Positions 1-8,430 of a DNA stretch of 64,000 nt are shown here, in pieces. This stretch comes from Candidatus Faeciplasma pullistercoris (lineage in GTDB: Bacteria; Bacillota; Clostridia; Oscillospirales; Ruminococcaceae). The notes under the pieces are model-generated. The model was not told the DNA's origin and searched no databases. It was given only the letters and a program-made list of their open reading frames with translations. The position numbers and the translations under genes were made by a program. The stretch is taken from NCBI GenBank assembly GCA_018715525.1, contig DVLL01000017.1, positions 15,070 to 79,069 of the forward strand. The letters are read 5' to 3'. Every line of letters starts with the position of its first letter. Within the stretch, counting starts at the first letter, position 1.

Positions 1-638
1 CGGTTGAGTATCAAAAACTTATTGGCCCGTGAAAAAGGTCTCGAACCGAAAAATCCGTTGAACGCCGACAGCGGGCTCGGGTGAGCGGACTCTATTATTC
101 CGTGTATCGGGTTGGTGATAAGAGACTTTTTGCTCCTCGCGTTAGCCCCCCAGAGTATAAATACCACCGGCTCAGTCTTATCATTTAGCTTTCTGATTAT
201 CTCATCAGTCAAAAGCTCCCAGCCCTTGCCCTTATGGGAATTTGCCTCTCCTCGCCTGACAGTCAGCACTGTGTTCAAAAGAAGAATCCCCTGCTTAGCC
301 CACTTGGTAAGATCTCCCGACTTCGAAGGCGGTATGCCGAGATCCGCCTCAAGCTCCTTGTATATGTTTTTCAGCGACGGAGGCAAAGGCGTGCCGTCCT
401 GTACTGAAAAGCAGAGCCCGTGCGCCTGATTTGGCTCATGATAAGGGTCCTGTCCCAAAATCACTACCCTGACATCCTTGTATGGCGTCAGCTTGAGCGC
501 GTTGAAGATGGAATGCATGTCAGGATAGACGGTGTGTTTGGCGTACTCTTCCTTGAGAAACTCTCGAAGGCGTATATAATAGTCCTTTTTGAATTCCTCG
601 CCAATGATCTCGTCCCAGTCGTTTCCTATTACAACCAT
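1..638 (-). CDS. ung: uracil-DNA glycosylase, family 1 (3' end runs off the window start)
   Basis: Absent from the supplied ORF track because no stop lies inside the window. My own minus-strand translation from the ATG at 638 reads [79 protein letters not shown]... It contains the GQDPYH catalytic motif and the HPSPLSA motif near the C-terminus. About 212 codons are present, so only a few residues are missing. Confidence 0.85.
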   Translation of the reverse strand, partial: MVVIGNDWDEIIGEEFKKDYYIRLREFLKEEYAKHTVYPDMHSIFNALKLTPYKDVRVVILGQDPYHEPNQAHGLCFSVQDGTPLPPSLKNIYKELEADLGIPPSKSGDLTKWAKQGILLLNTVLTVRRGEANSHKGKGWELLTDEIIRKLNDKTEPVVFILWGANARSKKSLITNPIHGIIESAHPSPLSAFNGFFGSRPFSRANKFLILN

Positions 639-640
639 TA

Positions 641-739
641 TTACACTACCACGCCATAGAATGCGGACACCAGAACTCCCAAAATCATAATTGCGGCAAT
701 TATTATGACAAACATCCTTGCAGCTTTAGTTTTTTTCAT
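641..739 (-). CDS. small hydrophobic peptide, 32 aa ([32 protein letters not shown])
   Basis: Below the ORF-track size cutoff; found by reading the sequence. The ATG at 739 is preceded by GAAAGGAAGAG at SD distance. The peptide has one predicted TM helix. Its stop forms TAATAATG with the ung start, which suggests translational coupling. No family recognised. Confidence 0.4.
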   Translation of the reverse strand: MKKTKAARMFVIIIAAIMILGVLVSAFYGVVV

Positions 740-858
740 CTGACTCTTCCTTTCAAATACGACTGTCATTAGTGCCAAGCGCTAAATGCCTCCTGATACA
801 CAAAACCGCCCGAAACGGCTCTACCGTATCAGGCGGTCAGCATCATACTGCCCTGAAA

Positions 859-1110
859 TCAACCAAAGAATTTCGCAAGAACGGTGCAAACAATCGCGAC
901 TACAAAGAAAATCGCAACAATGACCTTGGTGATTCTGTCAAGCTTAGCTTCTCTTGTGTTTGAGCTGTTTCTGCCGAAGAAGGAGTTGCTTCCTCCGCCG
1001 ATTGCAGAGTTGAGCCCGCTGTTATCGGTGTTGGTGAACAACACGACCAGAATGATCGCTACGCTCGCGAGCACCAGAACAATTCCGCTGATAATGTTTA
1101 CTGCTGTCAT
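859..1110 (-). CDS. secG: preprotein translocase subunit SecG
   Basis: 83 aa with two hydrophobic helices flanking a Gly/Ser/Asn-rich loop (AIGGGSNSFFGRNSS), the typical SecG layout. Confidence 0.8.
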   Translation of the reverse strand: MTAVNIISGIVLVLASVAIILVVLFTNTDNSGLNSAIGGGSNSFFGRNSSNTREAKLDRITKVIVAIFFVVAIVCTVLAKFFG

Positions 1111-1155
1111 TTATTAGTCCTCCGTATATATACACAAAGATAACGATTCTACATG

Positions 1156-1184
1156 AGTATAACACAGACAGGCTGAAAATGCAA
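1156..1184 (-). promoter_or_regulatory. sigma-70-type promoter candidate for secG (TTGCAT-17-TATACT with TGn)
   Basis: On the minus strand, -35 TTGCAT lies at 1184-1179 and -10 TATACT at 1161-1156, with a 17-nt spacer and TG upstream of the -10. Consensus match only. Confidence 0.5.
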
Positions 1185-1218
1185 TAGCAAAACCAAATTT
1201 TTTGAACTACGCAGACTC

Positions 1219-3633
1219 TTACAGCTTCCAGATGTTCTTTGCGTACTCGTCAACCGACCTGTCGGCGGAGAAAATACCTGAGTTCGCAATGTTTATCAGC
1301 GACATTTTCTGCCACTTTTCGGTATCGCTGTAAAGCTGAGAGGCGTATGCCTGCGCGTCCTGATATGACCTGAAGTCCGCAAGCACCATATACGGATCTG
1401 AGTACTTGAGTGAGGATACCACGGCGTCAAACTTATTGCCGTTGAAGCCCGCGCTTATCCTGTCAATGGCAGTCTTTATGCGCTCGTCTGAGCCGTAAAG
1501 ATGAATAGGTGAATATCCAGCTCTCCTTCTGTTCTCCACCTGATCCACCGTCATACCGAAGGTGATGATGTTATCCTTCCCTGCCGCGTTGCCGATCTCA
1601 ATATTAGCGCCGTCCTGAGTGCCAAGCGTTATCGCGCCGTTAAGCATGAACTTCATGTTGCCCGTACCCGACGCCTCGGTTCCGGCAAGGGATATCTGCT
1701 CTGAAATCTCAGACGCAGGCATAAGCTGCTCGGAAAGCGTTACGTTGTAATTCTCAAGGAAGACTACATTAAGCTTCTGGCTTATCTTGGGGTTCTTCCT
1801 TATCTCCTCGCCCAAGGACCAGATGAGCTTGATTATCTGCTTTGCAAGATAGTATCCGGGAGCAGCCTTTGCGGCAAAGATATATGTCTTTGGCGTTACA
1901 TTCGCATCTGGGTTGCGCAGCAACTGGTCGTACTCATAAACAATGTTGAGTGCGTTCAGGTGCTGGCGCTTATACTCGTGAAGCCTCTTGACCTGAACGT
2001 CAAAGAGCGTCTGCGGATCGATATCCACGCCTCTCTCGCGCTTGAGGGTATCGGCAAATATTTTCTTATTGGCAAGCTTGACCTCGGCGAGTTTGCCCAG
2101 AACCTCCTTGTCGTCCGCATATTTTTCAAACTTCTTGAGCTCTAATGCGGACTTGAGATAACCCTTGCCGATAGTGGAATCGAGCAGCTTGCAAAGTGCG
2201 GGATTTGACTGATAAAGCCATCTGCGGTAAGCGATACCGTTGGTAACGTTTGTAAACTTCTCCGGCGAGAAGTCGTACTCATCCTTGAAGACTTCCCTCT
2301 TGATTATCTCCGAATGGATCTTTGAAACGCCGTTTACATGGTGGCATGCCGCAACGCAGAGCTTTGCCATGTGAACAGTATTGTTCTGGATAATGGACAT
2401 TGAGGTTACTCTCGCATGATCCTGATATTTATCCCACAGCTTCGCGCAGTAGCGGTTGTTTATCTCTACTATGATAGAGAATATTCTTGGGACGACTGTC
2501 TTAAGAAGGTCGCAGCTCCACTTCTCCAGTGCTTCAGCCATAACCGTGTGGTTGGTATATGCAAACACCCTTGTAACGGTATCCCAAGCCTGATCCCAGC
2601 CGTAGCCGCAGTCGTCAAGAAGTATTCTCATCAGCTCCGGGATAGCCAGCGTGGGGTGAGTGTCGTTTATCTGGATAGCTACCTTGTCGGCAAGATTATC
2701 CAACGTGCCATAGGTCGCCATGTGGTGGTTGACTATATCTCCGACGGAAGCCGCACACATAAAGTACTGCTGCCTGAGTCTGAGTGACTTTCCGGCGAGG
2801 TGGTTGTCATTCGGATAAAGAACCTTCGAGATCGCCTGGGAAATCACGTTCTGGTTTAGAGCCTTATCATAGTTGCCGGAGTTGAACATCTCCATATCGA
2901 AGGAGGGGCTTACAGCCTTCCAGAGTCTGAGCTTGGATACGACCTCGCTGTCATATCCCGCGACAAACATGTCATACGGCACGGCGACAACCGTAGTATA
3001 ATTCTCGAGGGATACATTGTGGTACTGGTTATCCCACTTTTCCACCATCTGACCATCGAAATGAACCTCTATCTCTCCCTCGGGGTGAGGAACCAGCCAG
3101 CAGCTTCCTCCGGGAAGCCAGTTATCCGGAAGCTCAACCTGCCAGCCGTCCTCAATCTTCTGGCGGAAGATACCGTACTCGTATAGTATTGAATATCCGG
3201 TAGCGGGATAGCCGTCGGTCGCAAGACCGTCAAGATAGCAGGCGGCAAGTCTGCCAAGACCGCCGTTTCCGAGTCCCGCATCCGGCTCCTGCTCATAAAG
3301 CTCGTTCAGGCTTACACCGATATCCTTAAGGGCTCCCTCAGCCTCTTTGACAAGTCCGAGATTGTAAAGACTGGTCTTTAACGACCTGCCCATCAGAAAC
3401 TCCATGGAAATATAATAAACCTGCTTGCGGCCTTCGGAATGAACCTTATTCGTAAATTTGCGGCGCTTCTCTACAAGAAGCTTGACAATAATGGAAGCAA
3501 GCGCCTCATATATCTGTCTGTCTGAAGCATTTTCAGGCTTGACCATAAAATTGCTGTCAAGCACATTGATAAGCTCGCTCTTCAATGTATCCTTAGTATA
3601 CCTACCGTTGCCAACTGATTTAACCATGTGCAT
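1219..3633 (-). CDS. glgP: alpha-glucan (glycogen/maltodextrin) phosphorylase, GT35
   Basis: Contains the PLP-lysine motif EASGTGNMKFMLNG and the QVYYISMEFLMGR block typical of GlgP/MalP. The longest ORF extends to 3696. A consensus promoter overlaps that ATG, and homologue spacing favours Met22 or Met24 (3633 or 3627). Confidence 0.93.
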   Translation of the reverse strand: MHMVKSVGNGRYTKDTLKSELINVLDSNFMVKPENASDRQIYEALASIIVKLLVEKRRKFTNKVHSEGRKQVYYISMEFLMGRSLKTSLYNLGLVKEAEGALKDIGVSLNELYEQEPDAGLGNGGLGRLAACYLDGLATDGYPATGYSILYEYGIFRQKIEDGWQVELPDNWLPGGSCWLVPHPEGEIEVHFDGQMVEKWDNQYHNVSLENYTTVVAVPYDMFVAGYDSEVVSKLRLWKAVSPSFDMEMFNSGNYDKALNQNVISQAISKVLYPNDNHLAGKSLRLRQQYFMCAASVGDIVNHHMATYGTLDNLADKVAIQINDTHPTLAIPELMRILLDDCGYGWDQAWDTVTRVFAYTNHTVMAEALEKWSCDLLKTVVPRIFSIIVEINNRYCAKLWDKYQDHARVTSMSIIQNNTVHMAKLCVAACHHVNGVSKIHSEIIKREVFKDEYDFSPEKFTNVTNGIAYRRWLYQSNPALCKLLDSTIGKGYLKSALELKKFEKYADDKEVLGKLAEVKLANKKIFADTLKRERGVDIDPQTLFDVQVKRLHEYKRQHLNALNIVYEYDQLLRNPDANVTPKTYIFAAKAAPGYYLAKQIIKLIWSLGEEIRKNPKISQKLNVVFLENYNVTLSEQLMPASEISEQISLAGTEASGTGNMKFMLNGAITLGTQDGANIEIGNAAGKDNIITFGMTVDQVENRRRAGYSPIHLYGSDERIKTAIDRISAGFNGNKFDAVVSSLKYSDPYMVLADFRSYQDAQAYASQLYSDTEKWQKMSLINIANSGIFSADRSVDEYAKNIWKL

Positions 3634-3694
3634 CAATCCCCAATCTATTTCAAATATACTTTGTAGATTTTCCCCTTTAATACGCTGTTGTTTC

Positions 3695-3724
3695 ATTATA
3701 CAATTTTATACCTTTGTCTGTCAA
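3695..3724 (-). promoter_or_regulatory. promoter candidate for glgP (TTGACA-18-TATAAT)
   Basis: On the minus strand, -35 TTGACA lies at 3724-3719 and -10 TATAAT at 3700-3695. The -10 overlaps the first in-frame ATG of the long ORF. Confidence 0.5.
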
Positions 3725-3764
3725 TATTTTCTTTCAAAAACCTTAAATAATACATTGAGTTTTT

Positions 3765-3808
3765 TAAATAAAAAGCTCGGGCATAGTCGCCGTCTGACCA
3801 TACCCGAG
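3765..3808 (-). terminator. intrinsic terminator after the FtsX-type permease gene
   Basis: A 9-bp stem (3776-3784 pairs with 3800-3808, one mismatch) is followed on the minus strand by CTTTTTATTT. Confidence 0.55.
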
Positions 3809-3832
3809 TTCAAAATTTGTAAAAACCTTATT

Positions 3833-5287
3833 CTATTCGTTCTTTATCGCCTCAAGAGCCGAAAGCCTGGTGGCTCTTATCGCGGGATAAAGTCCAGAGA
3901 ACACTCCTACTGCCGTCGCAAGCACCAGCGCGGCAAGATCAAGCCACGGAGGTATTATTGAAAGTGCGGAGACAGAGGCGTCTATTCCCATCATCGACAT
4001 TCCGCCGTTTTTAGCCAACTGGTTTACCACATACGAAGCAATGTAGCTCAGACCTATACCGAAAACTCCTCCCGTTACGCCGATTATTCCAGCCTCAATC
4101 AGGAACATTCCGCGTATGTCGGAAAGCTTGCAGCCCAAAACCTTCATAACGCCTATTTCCCTCGTTCTTTCGTAGATAGACATTACCATGGTGTTTGTTA
4201 TACTCAGAGCCGCAACAAAGAACGCTACAACGCCTATCGCTCCAAGTATCGAGCGCAGGAACTTGGTCTGCTCCTGCATCTGAGTAAGATAGTCCATATT
4301 GGAGCTGGTGTCAAAGCCCATGTTCCTCAGCGCCTTCTCAATGCCCTGAACGTGGTCGGGGTCATCCGCCAAAACGATGAACTGGCTGTATATGCTCTTT
4401 CTCTGCTCTTCTTCAGAGCCTGACGCGCTGCCCGAAGAGCCTCCCGCTACTCCCACTCCGACAGCGACATCGGCGGTCATATAGTAGGAGCTTCCCGAAT
4501 TATAGTAGTCCTGCTGATTCTTGTTCAACGTCTCGGACATCGTTTTTAAGCCCTTGATGTCCATATAGACCTCCTGCGAATAGTCGCCGCCCGCCTTCTG
4601 GACAAGTATTCCGACGCAGTTTGCGTCCACAAGCTTTATCCTCGGCTTAGAGGTATCAACCGCTCCGGTGCCGTAGTCATAATACCATGTGAACTGATAT
4701 TTATGCCCGTCCAACGGGTTGAAGGGAAGCTCCTCCCCGTCCACCGGCTCGTGATACCAGACTTCCTCTCCGCCCCGCATCTCATAATAGTAGAACGGGA
4801 TATTAAAGCACATTACAAAATTAGTTGTTCCGACGTCGCTCTCGTTCAAGAGCCTGCCGTAGAGAACCTCATAGCCGAAGTCCTCCATTGATGTGGCGTC
4901 AAGTCCCAAGACCTGATAAGAAGCCTTGTGCGTATTGTCCATAATGGAGTACCCGTAGAAATACTCCTGCGGCGAGCAGGCCTGAACATTGTCAAGCGCA
5001 CGCACGTTTTCCAGCGAAATGTCGTCAAGAGGCTCTCTGTTTGCGTTTTCAGTGTATTCCCCGGTCTCAGGATCGACAGAACCCCATTTTTCATACACGA
5101 ATATCTCTCTGATGTTGCCATAGGAGTTTATCTGATCCTCAAAGCCCTTGTTCATTCCTATTCCTATGGAGAGCATTATGACGACAGCAGCGGTACCGAT
5201 GACTACGCCGAGAACGGTAAGCGCACTTCTTGCCTTTCTTCTGAGAAAGTTTCCGCCGGCAAAACGTATAACGTCAGTTTTTCTCAT
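3833..5287 (-). CDS. MacB/FtsX-type ABC transporter permease with a large extracytoplasmic domain
   Basis: 484 aa. An N-terminal TM helix is followed by a soluble domain of roughly 280 aa and then three C-terminal TM helices. The C-terminal FtsX-type block reads ERTREIGVMKVLGCKLSDIRGMFLIEAGIIG. Confidence 0.85.
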   Translation of the reverse strand: MRKTDVIRFAGGNFLRRKARSALTVLGVVIGTAAVVIMLSIGIGMNKGFEDQINSYGNIREIFVYEKWGSVDPETGEYTENANREPLDDISLENVRALDNVQACSPQEYFYGYSIMDNTHKASYQVLGLDATSMEDFGYEVLYGRLLNESDVGTTNFVMCFNIPFYYYEMRGGEEVWYHEPVDGEELPFNPLDGHKYQFTWYYDYGTGAVDTSKPRIKLVDANCVGILVQKAGGDYSQEVYMDIKGLKTMSETLNKNQQDYYNSGSSYYMTADVAVGVGVAGGSSGSASGSEEEQRKSIYSQFIVLADDPDHVQGIEKALRNMGFDTSSNMDYLTQMQEQTKFLRSILGAIGVVAFFVAALSITNTMVMSIYERTREIGVMKVLGCKLSDIRGMFLIEAGIIGVTGGVFGIGLSYIASYVVNQLAKNGGMSMMGIDASVSALSIIPPWLDLAALVLATAVGVFSGLYPAIRATRLSALEAIKNE

Positions 5288-5320
5288 TCAACCACCCGTC
5301 CTTTCCTTGCCGGGGTATTT

Positions 5321-7189
5321 TTACTCGTCATCATCGTCCTCCAAGACCTTGGCGGCCTTGCGCTTTTTAACAACAATTACTACGACTATGATAACAGCTA
5401 CCGCAATCACTGGAACCCCGACATAGAGAAGATATTTAGCCCAGTTAGGCATACCGCCCTCTGCTGGAATCTCTTCTCCCATTCCGGGCATTCCGGGGTC
5501 AACAGCGATATCGCCTCCCATGCCGTCGCCGCCTATCACGTCTCCGCCCATTCCGGGATCAGTAGCCATCGACTCGCAGATAAGCACGTCAAACGGATAC
5601 TCAACGCGCTGCTCATTGCTCGAAGCATCCTCGAATGTAAACACGAGTATCGCAGTCTTGGTTTCGCCCACAGCCGAGGGATCGTTAGGTATGATGGTTC
5701 CGCTGAAGAAATCGTAGCTGGACGCGGCGAGCGTTCCGACATACTGGGTGGGCATACTGAAATCGCCCTCAACGCTAACAGCGAGGTTGGTCATCGGGTT
5801 CTTTGACTTGTTGAAATACTGGAAGCTTATTGTACAGCCGTCAGCGCCGTAGCACTCCGTCGGAGGATACCACTCCATAAGCTCAAACTTGATAGGCTGA
5901 GTTACAGGGAGGTTAATGTCCATAGAGCCGTTGCCCTGGGCATACTGACCGCTGTTCTCATATTCAAAGCTGTATCTTATCGTGATGGGATAGGATCTCG
6001 CACCGGCTGAAGCACTGGTTCTGAGCTTTATAGAGTACTCAAGCTCGCCGTTCTTGTCGAGCTTAGCGGTATAGAAGGACGTAGTTCCGTCTATTGGCGA
6101 GAATATAGTGCCGTTGGAGCCGTTAGAGCCGTCCGTTCCGGGAATGACGTCAACCGTCATATTCTGGACATCCTTATCAAGGCTTGTGTTCTTGAGCACG
6201 AAAGTAAGAACAAACTCCTCGCCTGATACTATCTTCTCCACATCGACCGAGTAGTTTGATACTATTACCTTGGGAGTGAGAGAGGAAGAATCTACTGGCT
6301 CCTCATCCTTGTCCTTCTCCTTTGCCTGAATGAAGACATTGAAGCTGTCGGTATGCTCCGCACCAGCATTGTCCTTATAGGCAACGTTCACCACAACAGA
6401 CGACTGAGCAGCAGGATACTCAGGGAAGATTATCGGGAAGCTCGCCTTGACGGTCTCGCCGCCGGCGACATCGCCTATCGAAACGGTGTCAGTATATGTG
6501 TTGAGAACCAGGTCGCCAAGATTGGAAAGTGTAACCTCAACGTCAGATGCCCTGAAGTTGGTAGGGTTCTTTAGGTTTATGTCGAGGGTGGTGGAAAGCT
6601 TCGAGCTGCCCTTTCCCTGAGGTATTGACGCTCCGGACAGAACAAACTTCGGAAGATCTCCAGACTCGTCGAGGGTAATGGAGGAGTTCTCAATATCAAC
6701 ATTGAAGGTTCTTGTGTCCGAAACCGGTGTGCCGTTAGCGGGCTCGCAGGTGACGGTAAGGGTGAGCTGATATCTTCCGGTCTCAAGGGATTCATCGCTC
6801 AAAATAGCCACAGAGTTGTAGCCCGCATGAAGCTCCTGCTCAGCCAATGAGCCGGCAAGCGTGAAGCCTGTTCCGGAAACCGAAACGGTCGTCCTTGCCG
6901 AGTAGTCCCAAAATGTATTGGCAGGGACATCGTTATAGTAATATCTGGCATTACTCAAAAGCGTGAAGCCTATGTAGAACGTGTCTCCTGCATTTACCAC
7001 GCCCGACTCAAGACTGGGGTTATCCATCTGTACAGAATACAAGGTCTTAATCGTTGGAAGTACCGGCGTGTTTGGCGTATTCTCGTCCTCGTTGTCGGTC
7101 GCCGCCAAAGATACCGAAAGCATGCTGAGCGTCATTATCACGCAAAGCACTATCGCAAATATTTTTCTTAAATTTGTTGCATTTGCCAT
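5321..7189 (-). CDS. surface protein with a signal peptide, about five Ig-like (CARDB/COG1361-type) beta-sandwich repeats, a Gly/Met/Asp-rich linker and a C-terminal TM anchor
   Basis: The signal peptide ends at SVSLA-ATD. Repeated modules of about 110 aa have an alternating beta-strand pattern. The C-terminus reads DPGMGGDVIGGDGMGGDIAVDPGMPGMGEE, then a TM helix, then KKRKAAKVLEDDDDE. The start at 7189 (MANATN) is preferred on RBS spacing. The family call is a recollection, not a search result. Confidence 0.6.
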   Translation of the reverse strand: MANATNLRKIFAIVLCVIMTLSMLSVSLAATDNEDENTPNTPVLPTIKTLYSVQMDNPSLESGVVNAGDTFYIGFTLLSNARYYYNDVPANTFWDYSARTTVSVSGTGFTLAGSLAEQELHAGYNSVAILSDESLETGRYQLTLTVTCEPANGTPVSDTRTFNVDIENSSITLDESGDLPKFVLSGASIPQGKGSSKLSTTLDINLKNPTNFRASDVEVTLSNLGDLVLNTYTDTVSIGDVAGGETVKASFPIIFPEYPAAQSSVVVNVAYKDNAGAEHTDSFNVFIQAKEKDKDEEPVDSSSLTPKVIVSNYSVDVEKIVSGEEFVLTFVLKNTSLDKDVQNMTVDVIPGTDGSNGSNGTIFSPIDGTTSFYTAKLDKNGELEYSIKLRTSASAGARSYPITIRYSFEYENSGQYAQGNGSMDINLPVTQPIKFELMEWYPPTECYGADGCTISFQYFNKSKNPMTNLAVSVEGDFSMPTQYVGTLAASSYDFFSGTIIPNDPSAVGETKTAILVFTFEDASSNEQRVEYPFDVLICESMATDPGMGGDVIGGDGMGGDIAVDPGMPGMGEEIPAEGGMPNWAKYLLYVGVPVIAVAVIIVVVIVVKKRKAAKVLEDDDDE

Positions 7190-7209
7190 TACAATCATTC
7201 CTTTCCCGT

Positions 7210-7986
7210 TTATACCGATTCGGCTGCCGCGACGATGTCTGCGGCTTCCTTCGATCCGACAGCTATCTGCTTGGATCGGTTGTCCTCGACTGACGATATC
7301 GTTCCGTCGATTATGTGGTATATCTTATCCGCATACGCGGCTATTTCCACATCATGGGTTACAATTATGAGAGTCTGATGATTTTCCCTTGCCATCGAAA
7401 CCATCATTTCCATTATCTCTATGGTGGTTCTGGTGTCAAGGTTGCCGGTGGGCTCATCGGCAAATACTATCTTCGGTTTGGCGACAAACGCCCTCGCTAT
7501 TCCTACCCTTTGCTGCTGTCCTCCGGACATCTGAGTGGGCTTATGCCTCATTCTTTTTCCCAAGCCGCAAAGCTTGAGCATCTTTTTTGCCGCCTTTTCC
7601 CTGACGCTCCTCTTGACTCCCGCAAACGCCAGCGGCATGCTGACATTGTCTATTGCGTTCATGGTAGGCAAAAGGTTGTACGACTGGAAGACAAACCCCA
7701 TGTTCTTCTGACGAAACAGCGCAAGCTTTCTTTCGCTCATGGCGTCTATACGCTCGCCGAAGATGGTTATGCTTCCCTTCGTCGGCTTCTCGAGACCCGC
7801 CATCAGATTCAAAAGCGTGGATTTACCGGAACCGGAGGTTCCCAGCAGGCATACAATCTCGTTCTGGTAGATGTCGAGGTTTACTCCGGCGAGAGCCTTG
7901 ACCTTTTCCTTGCCGATTATGAATACCTTTGAAAGGTCTCTTATCACAATCGCAGGCTTAGCGGCAACGCTTTTTTCCTCTGCCAT
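7210..7986 (-). CDS. ABC transporter ATP-binding protein (MacB/LolD-type)
   Basis: Walker A GTSGSGKST, signature LSGGQQQRVGIARA, Walker B IVFADEPTGNLD and H-loop VTHD. Confidence 0.92.
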   Translation of the reverse strand: MAEEKSVAAKPAIVIRDLSKVFIIGKEKVKALAGVNLDIYQNEIVCLLGTSGSGKSTLLNLMAGLEKPTKGSITIFGERIDAMSERKLALFRQKNMGFVFQSYNLLPTMNAIDNVSMPLAFAGVKRSVREKAAKKMLKLCGLGKRMRHKPTQMSGGQQQRVGIARAFVAKPKIVFADEPTGNLDTRTTIEIMEMMVSMARENHQTLIIVTHDVEIAAYADKIYHIIDGTISSVEDNRSKQIAVGSKEAADIVAAAESV

Positions 7987-8022
7987 CCTTCCACCCCTCC
8001 TATATTGTTTATTCGCAGCATT

Positions 8023-8051
8023 ATTATACCGAATAATAAGACAAAATTCAA
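8023..8051 (-). promoter_or_regulatory. promoter candidate for the ABC/CARDB operon (TTGAAT-17-TATAAT)
   Basis: On the minus strand, -35 lies at 8051-8046 and -10 at 8028-8023. It would give a leader of about 35 nt containing GGAGGGG before the ATG at 7986. Confidence 0.55.
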
Positions 8052-8374
8052 TATATAAACATTCTGCCGGGAAAATCTTAATCTATTGTTAATCAGATTA
8101 TCTATTATATTCCCGTACTAATAATACAGCTTGACCTGCAAAAATATTGCATTCCAAAAATATAATTTTTTATCGACATTTTTTGTAAAATCACGTCCCC
8201 AAGCGGTTCTTCTCTGTCTGACGGCTCAAGGCTGAAACTGATGTCAACCCTCCGGGGAAAAGCGCTTCAGCGAAGGCTTTTTAGGCACCGGCTTTATGGT
8301 ATATTTCTCATACTATTCTGCCCGCCGCTCGCCTTATTAATAAGCACAATGCTTCGTATGATTATGTAATAAAA

Positions 8375-8412
8375 GACAAAAAACCGACCCCGGGAGTGCG
8401 TCCCGGAGTCGG
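8375..8412 (-). terminator. intrinsic terminator after the GH30-like gene
   Basis: A 12-bp GC-rich stem (8384-8395 pairs with 8401-8412, one mismatch) has a 5-nt loop and is followed on the minus strand by TTTTTTGTC. Confidence 0.75.
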
Positions 8413-8430
8413 TGCAAAATCTTAGTCTAA

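Noticed and set aside
8191-8300. GC-rich structured stretch (TCCCC...GGGGA, CCGG...CCGG), examined as a possible riboswitch or attenuator for the ABC operon.
   Set aside because: It lies upstream of the best promoter for that operon (8023-8051) and matches no aptamer consensus I know. It is kept only as part of the unexplained-intergenic finding.
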